The notes under the pieces were generated by a model. It was not told the origin of the DNA. It did no database searches and worked only from the letters and a program-made list of their open reading frames with translations. Below, in pieces: positions 59,443 to 64,000 of a DNA stretch of 64,000 nucleotides (position 1 is its first letter; the number at the start of each line of letters is the position of its first letter). The stretch is from Balanoglossus misakiensis (lineage: Eukaryota > Animalia > Hemichordata), in assembly GCA_040954595.2 (NCBI GenBank), contig CM082576.2, positions 9,861,129-9,925,128 of the forward strand. Reading direction: 5' to 3'. Position numbers and translations under genes: made by a program.

Positions 59443-59693
59443 ATCAGTGTAGACCTCGAAAATGTGAGGATTGAAGTGAAATTGAACTTGTCAAGAAACG
59501 AATGTTTTTATTTTGTACGAGTAACATTTTAAAACTCGGACATAGAAAATGGAATCTTGCCATGTTTATTTTTTGTGTTTAGAGCGTACGTTTGTGGTTG
59601 GATGAGGTAACTACTTGTGGAGGGACGGATGAAAATAATCATCAATAATTACACAATATTGTAAAATAAAATATTTATTTACAAAAAAACGTG
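59440..59693 (+). repeat. 254-bp non-satellite tail, copy 2; contains a minus-strand AATAAA that may be the poly(A) signal of the right-hand gene
   Basis: Duplicate of 56542-56795. TTTATT at ~59674 lies about 1.15 kb downstream of the predicted stop (60836) of the minus-strand gene. Confidence 0.9.
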
Positions 59694-60835
59694 GAACAGT
59701 AACATGCATGAGTAATAATATTGGTCACTCTCTCATTCTATGGTTGCTTAGTTTCAGAACCAAAATTTCACTTGGCCATTTTAAAGCCTGTGTGAACTCA
59801 ACTGATATGCAGTCTTTCAATTACACAACAAAGTAGCATAATTGTGTCATCAAAAATACCAAGATGTAAATAAGGTTGACAGATGAAATGCAACCATGCA
59901 AATTACCAATTTACCTAAGAACTCACTAATTGGTTCTTACTTGTTATCAAACAAATTTCTGTTATTTTCTACTGCTGATCAACAACTGTTGAGATCAAAC
60001 TTTGCCACAGAAGACAACAGATTCGGACCAAACCATGGTGGCAAAAGTGTTAAAAGTTGCAGAATATTTTATTACTTAAACAACTACAGGAACATTTTGC
60101 TTGGCAAAGTCAAAATGAAAAGCAAATTGCATGAAAACACAACAATGCAGAAATCAAAACAAAAAATATAAAACAGCATGTCAACCACATAATTATTCCT
60201 AACACAAATGAAGTTTGTACCTTACGGTGTGTGAACAACCATCAGGCGCCACTGAACAGAACTTCTCGATTTTTGGCGCCATATAAATTTGTTGATTGAT
60301 TGATTGTCAGTATAATATAGGCAATTTGCATTTTTAAATACATGCATGATTTTACTACAAAACTTAAAGTTCACTTGTGCAATTGAAGACAATTGAGTAT
60401 CATTTTCAATGCTGTGGTTGGGACAGTGTATGAGGTTGAAAAAGTTAACACATAAACATTGTTTGTTTTTTTTACTAAAAAAGTGTTTTTAAACATTCTT
60501 CATATGAAAAGTGAAGTTGTTATTAAAATAACCTTACATGTAAAATAACAAATTCTTTTGTGAATTGAATACTGTACCGTAACCCATGCTGACGCTGAAC
60601 ACTTTCACCCATTGGGATAATGAGAATACTGTAATGTTTAAAATGAACAACTGTGAACAGAGACGGACATCAAGACTGGATTCCTTATTTTGTCTCTAAA
60701 CTGCAATGACAGTTGCTTGCTTCCGGCCTTAGTGGGTGGAGACTTATAGGGGTGTGAGGCGAGACGACAGCATGTTTCGGGTTAAACCCTAGGAAACTCC
60801 CGGTTGGTAAAAATATCACATGCTACATGCATTGA

Positions 60836-63800
60836 CTACGTAGATACAGAGGTGGTTGCAGTCTCCGAGTCTAAAAAAACAAAACAAAAGGTGAAATTCT
60901 ACAAAGCATATTTGAAACCATGCATGAATCGTTTCAATTGAGTTTATCATGAATGCATTTTCTTGCTGCCTGTCTGGTACATGAACATGGACACACTGCA
61001 CAGAAAATCATGAGAGGGTAGCATCAGTTGCCTCTTTTAGGGAAATTCTTTAAAACAGCACCACTGGCAAAACAGATCTTGAATTAAATAAATAGCCTTT
61101 CAGTAACTTCCTAGAAGATGGTTCTGACACAGAGTCACAAGGTGAGAGTTTGGATTAAAAAAAAACAATGAAGCTGTGACAAAGCAATCTTGCAATACCA
61201 ACACAACATTTGAAGAAATGCAGTAGTAGACAACGTACCCGAGGTTGATGATGACTCCTGGGTTGAGGAGGTATCGTCATCTGACGTATTAGCCTCGGGG
61301 GTCAGGAACTCTTCATCTGAAGAAGAAAGAGACTCACTTCTGCGCAACTGTTTCCCGCCGTTTTTTCCATTCTCCAGGCTGTGGATGAACTGCTCTAGTT
61401 CATCGATTGTTGGTATCACAGTCTCGCTGAAATGTGGGCAAAAAGTATCTTTTGAAGGTCTATTTGCCAGAGAAATTCATTCTGTCCTCTCCCGAACGTC
61501 CATTTACTAGCTCTAAATATCCACTTTATTTCCAATGTGAACAATGCACATCAAGCTGAAATCAATACATGTAACTAAACCCTTGCTCTCTTTATAATGA
61601 AGGAATTGAAGTTATCGCATGCTCTCTTCTTCTACATGGAACCCTTACCTTGTTCTGTACAGAATCATCGTTTTGTTAGATGTCACCATTTTGCTGGGTA
61701 GTTTTCTCACATTGAAATGTGACAGTTCAGCCAGCTTCCGAACTTCTGTGTGTTCTTTGGGTGTATTTGTCATGATGCAGAAACTGAAATATAAAGGTTA
61801 CACTGAGATAAGTTACATTTACACATCTCTAAACGTTACTGTTCTCAGCTAAACACAACTGATTGTGTGGGAACAAATAGAACATTCTCAGCAAATTCTC
61901 TTCCCATTTGTAAATTTAGTGTTTTATTGATTAATTAATCACCCCTTTGGTGAGAATTATCACTTACTGATCTTGGCCATTCTTCATACCATCCTTCATC
62001 TTGTTGTAAGTATGACAGATGTACTTGACATCAACACAAGAGACTTTCTGAAAATAAAAAAAATTATTATGCAAACACCAAGATTCATTCAATTTGAACA
62101 AAATATATATTCACATGACCAAAGTGTAGAATGTTGTTTTAAGTAGAACCTGTGATACCAGAAGCAGTAAATTACACGCACTAACACTTGTAAAGGAAGA
62201 TAATAGTATTAGGCCAAGTAAAAAATATGTGTAGTAGATGAGATACTTTTTTTTAAATACGGCAAGATTGAAAGTTTTCAGATCAGAAAGTTGCACTGGT
62301 GTTCTATAGGTTTAATGCATAACAGTAAATCCTAGTGATTACAAATACAAAGGTGGAAACTTACCAAATTTTTCATGTCCTTCAAGTTTATTTCTGAATC
62401 TGCATACTATAAAATAAATGCACAAACGAATCAGAATGTTGTAACATCTCAATTAAATATCGCATATACATTCATCAAAACTTACAAATGATGTATTACA
62501 AACTCGTTTCTGAAACCATTGCACTCATTACTTTTTATCCAACGTCAGATGAGGTCATTATCAATCAAAATCAAAGAGAAATGTTTAGGTTATCCTTTCA
62601 ACAGCATGGTTGAGTCCAAAAACCCAGCGTATTCCAGGGAAAGTTTGGACCACTAAAAAAGGGAACTTGGGGTGAAAGTTCATTAAACTTGACCTCACCT
62701 TGGCCTTTTTTGCTGGCCTTTCGTCTGAATCAAAGTCTAATTTTCTCTTGACGATCACTGAGCTGCCGTCTGATGAATCTTCACTGCAATCAGACGCAGA
62801 CACACTGGCGTTGTGTTCTTCGACGTTGTCGCTGGAGACCGCTTGGTCTTCCTGGTTGGAGGAGACATTCTGCTGTTCGTCTTTGCTAGCATTATCATCG
62901 GTTCCGATGTCTGTACAGGAATCATCTGTCTCTTCGACGTTCTCATCCTCCGTCACGTCCTCTGCAACCATCCTTCTGGCTCGAACCCTGACCTTGGGCG
63001 ATCTCCGTTTGCTGGCGTCTCTCAACAGACGGAACCGCGGACTCTTGGCCATTTGACTTTTCGACAGCATCTTCAACCTCACTTTCAGCATCTTTGTTTT
63101 CGCTCTGATGGACTTCTTCTTGGTGGTGGAGCTGCTTTTTCTCTGAACAGAGTCCCCCCTTTTGGGGCCTGCAGGCGAGCTAACCAGCTCGCTTTCACTG
63201 GTACTCCTACCACGTCCATCACTTTGTGCCTTCTTGCGGGACTTCACACTGGCAGCTTTTCTGTTTCCTGACTCGGGGGACGACTGGATTCTATCATCTC
63301 CACTTGCTCCATCTCTCGAATATCTCTTGAACTTTTTGGATCTCGGTGATAACAGGTTGTCTAGACAACTCACTCTTTTTTCTGAAATATTAATTTACAT
63401 CTGCTCATGTGGTTTATAATTAATCAATTTTCATTTTATCATGATGTCTTTTTAATTGTGATGATTATAACATCTCAACTGCCCCTGGATATAACAAAGC
63501 CATAACTTTTATATGCAACTCCCTATATTTCAAAATGATCTAGTACATTACTTACGCAAGTCATGATTGTTCACTTCTAGTTTCTTGATGACTGTAACAA
63601 AAAAAGCAAATGATGTATACAGGTGTTTTTGAAACATTGAAGCAAGTTTTCCAATTATTGGCTGGATATGGCAATAATGTCATACAATGCAATAAGCATC
63701 ACACAGCAAGACTTGGTTTTCGTTTATCCAGTCAGCTATATATAATAAAATAAACTAGAGTTATAATGTTAAAAACAGCCGTCCAACAGCCAAACTGGAT

Positions 63801-64000
63801 CATATCCTTAAATACATTGATATGTATACCAGTTTTCTCCCTATATTAAACAAACATTATTTATCAAAACTACTTTTTCCCTACATGTACTTATTTCCTT
63901 CATATTTTACATGTGTGACCTACTTTTCAACATCTTCTGCATGAGTTCAAAGGACTGAACCACTGCTTGGTGTAAATCTTCTTTCCTCATGGGCGTGTAC
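60836..64000 (-). CDS. Uncharacterised protein, 3' part (5' end outside the window): coiled-coil-like segment, long basic then acidic low-complexity region with NLS-like motifs, possible R3H-like domain, S/T/D-rich tail
   Basis: Minus-strand exons: >64000-63924, 63591-63556, 63381-62699, 62406-62365, 62047-61968, 61783-61649, 61426-61239, 60870-60836 (TAG). All GT-AG, phase-consistent and stop-free: ...YTPMRKEDLHQAVVQSFELMQKMLKIIKKLEVNNHDLQKRVSCL...KRKLDFDSDERPAKKAKYADSEINLKDMKNLKVSCVDVKYICHTYNKMKDGMKNGQDHFCIMTNTPKEHTEVRKLAELSHFNVRKLPSKMVTSNKTMILYRTSETVIPTIDELEQFIHSLE...SDSETATTSVST*. The last exon is less certain. Confidence 0.8.

Noticed and set aside
60935-60996. Alternative last exon for the right-hand gene (VCPCSCTRQAARKCIHDKLN*)
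   Set aside because: Possible in phase, but the acceptor at 60870 has a much stronger polypyrimidine tract and continues the S/T-rich composition.
62700-63419. Plus-strand ORFs 62700-63056, 62813-63271 and 63162-63419
   Set aside because: Antisense shadows of the large minus-strand exon, which has proper splice sites and joins a consistent exon chain.

Overview
Eukaryotic (metazoan, probably invertebrate) genomic DNA: AT-rich, with GT-AG spliceosomal introns and no prokaryotic features. I reconstructed three complete multi-exon genes by hand, each with consistent reading frame. SPTLC2/LCB2 (serine palmitoyltransferase catalytic subunit, minus strand, 12 coding exons, 549 aa) lies head-to-head, 754 bp between ATGs, with a reticulon (plus strand, 8 coding exons plus a candidate alternative exon, 333 aa). 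Downstream is an ASPG-type asparaginase/60-kDa lysophospholipase with ankyrin repeats (plus strand, 13 coding exons, 638 aa). After these come an orphan promoter/first-exon candidate (~40.3-40.5 kb), a decayed internally repetitive minus-strand relic interrupted by a 129-bp tandem array, and a ~14-kb 88-bp satellite in two arrays (126 and ~30 monomers) with nested 5-, 30- and 45-monomer duplications and an identical duplicated 254-bp tail. The window ends with the 3' part of an unidentified minus-strand gene that runs off the right edge and carries a possible variant R3H-like domain. Small transposon relics are scattered throughout. The most interesting hypothesis is a shared bidirectional promoter for the SPT catalytic subunit and a reticulon, because mammalian RTN4B/Nogo-B is a reported SPT inhibitor. 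All coordinates were read by eye; no database searches were run.
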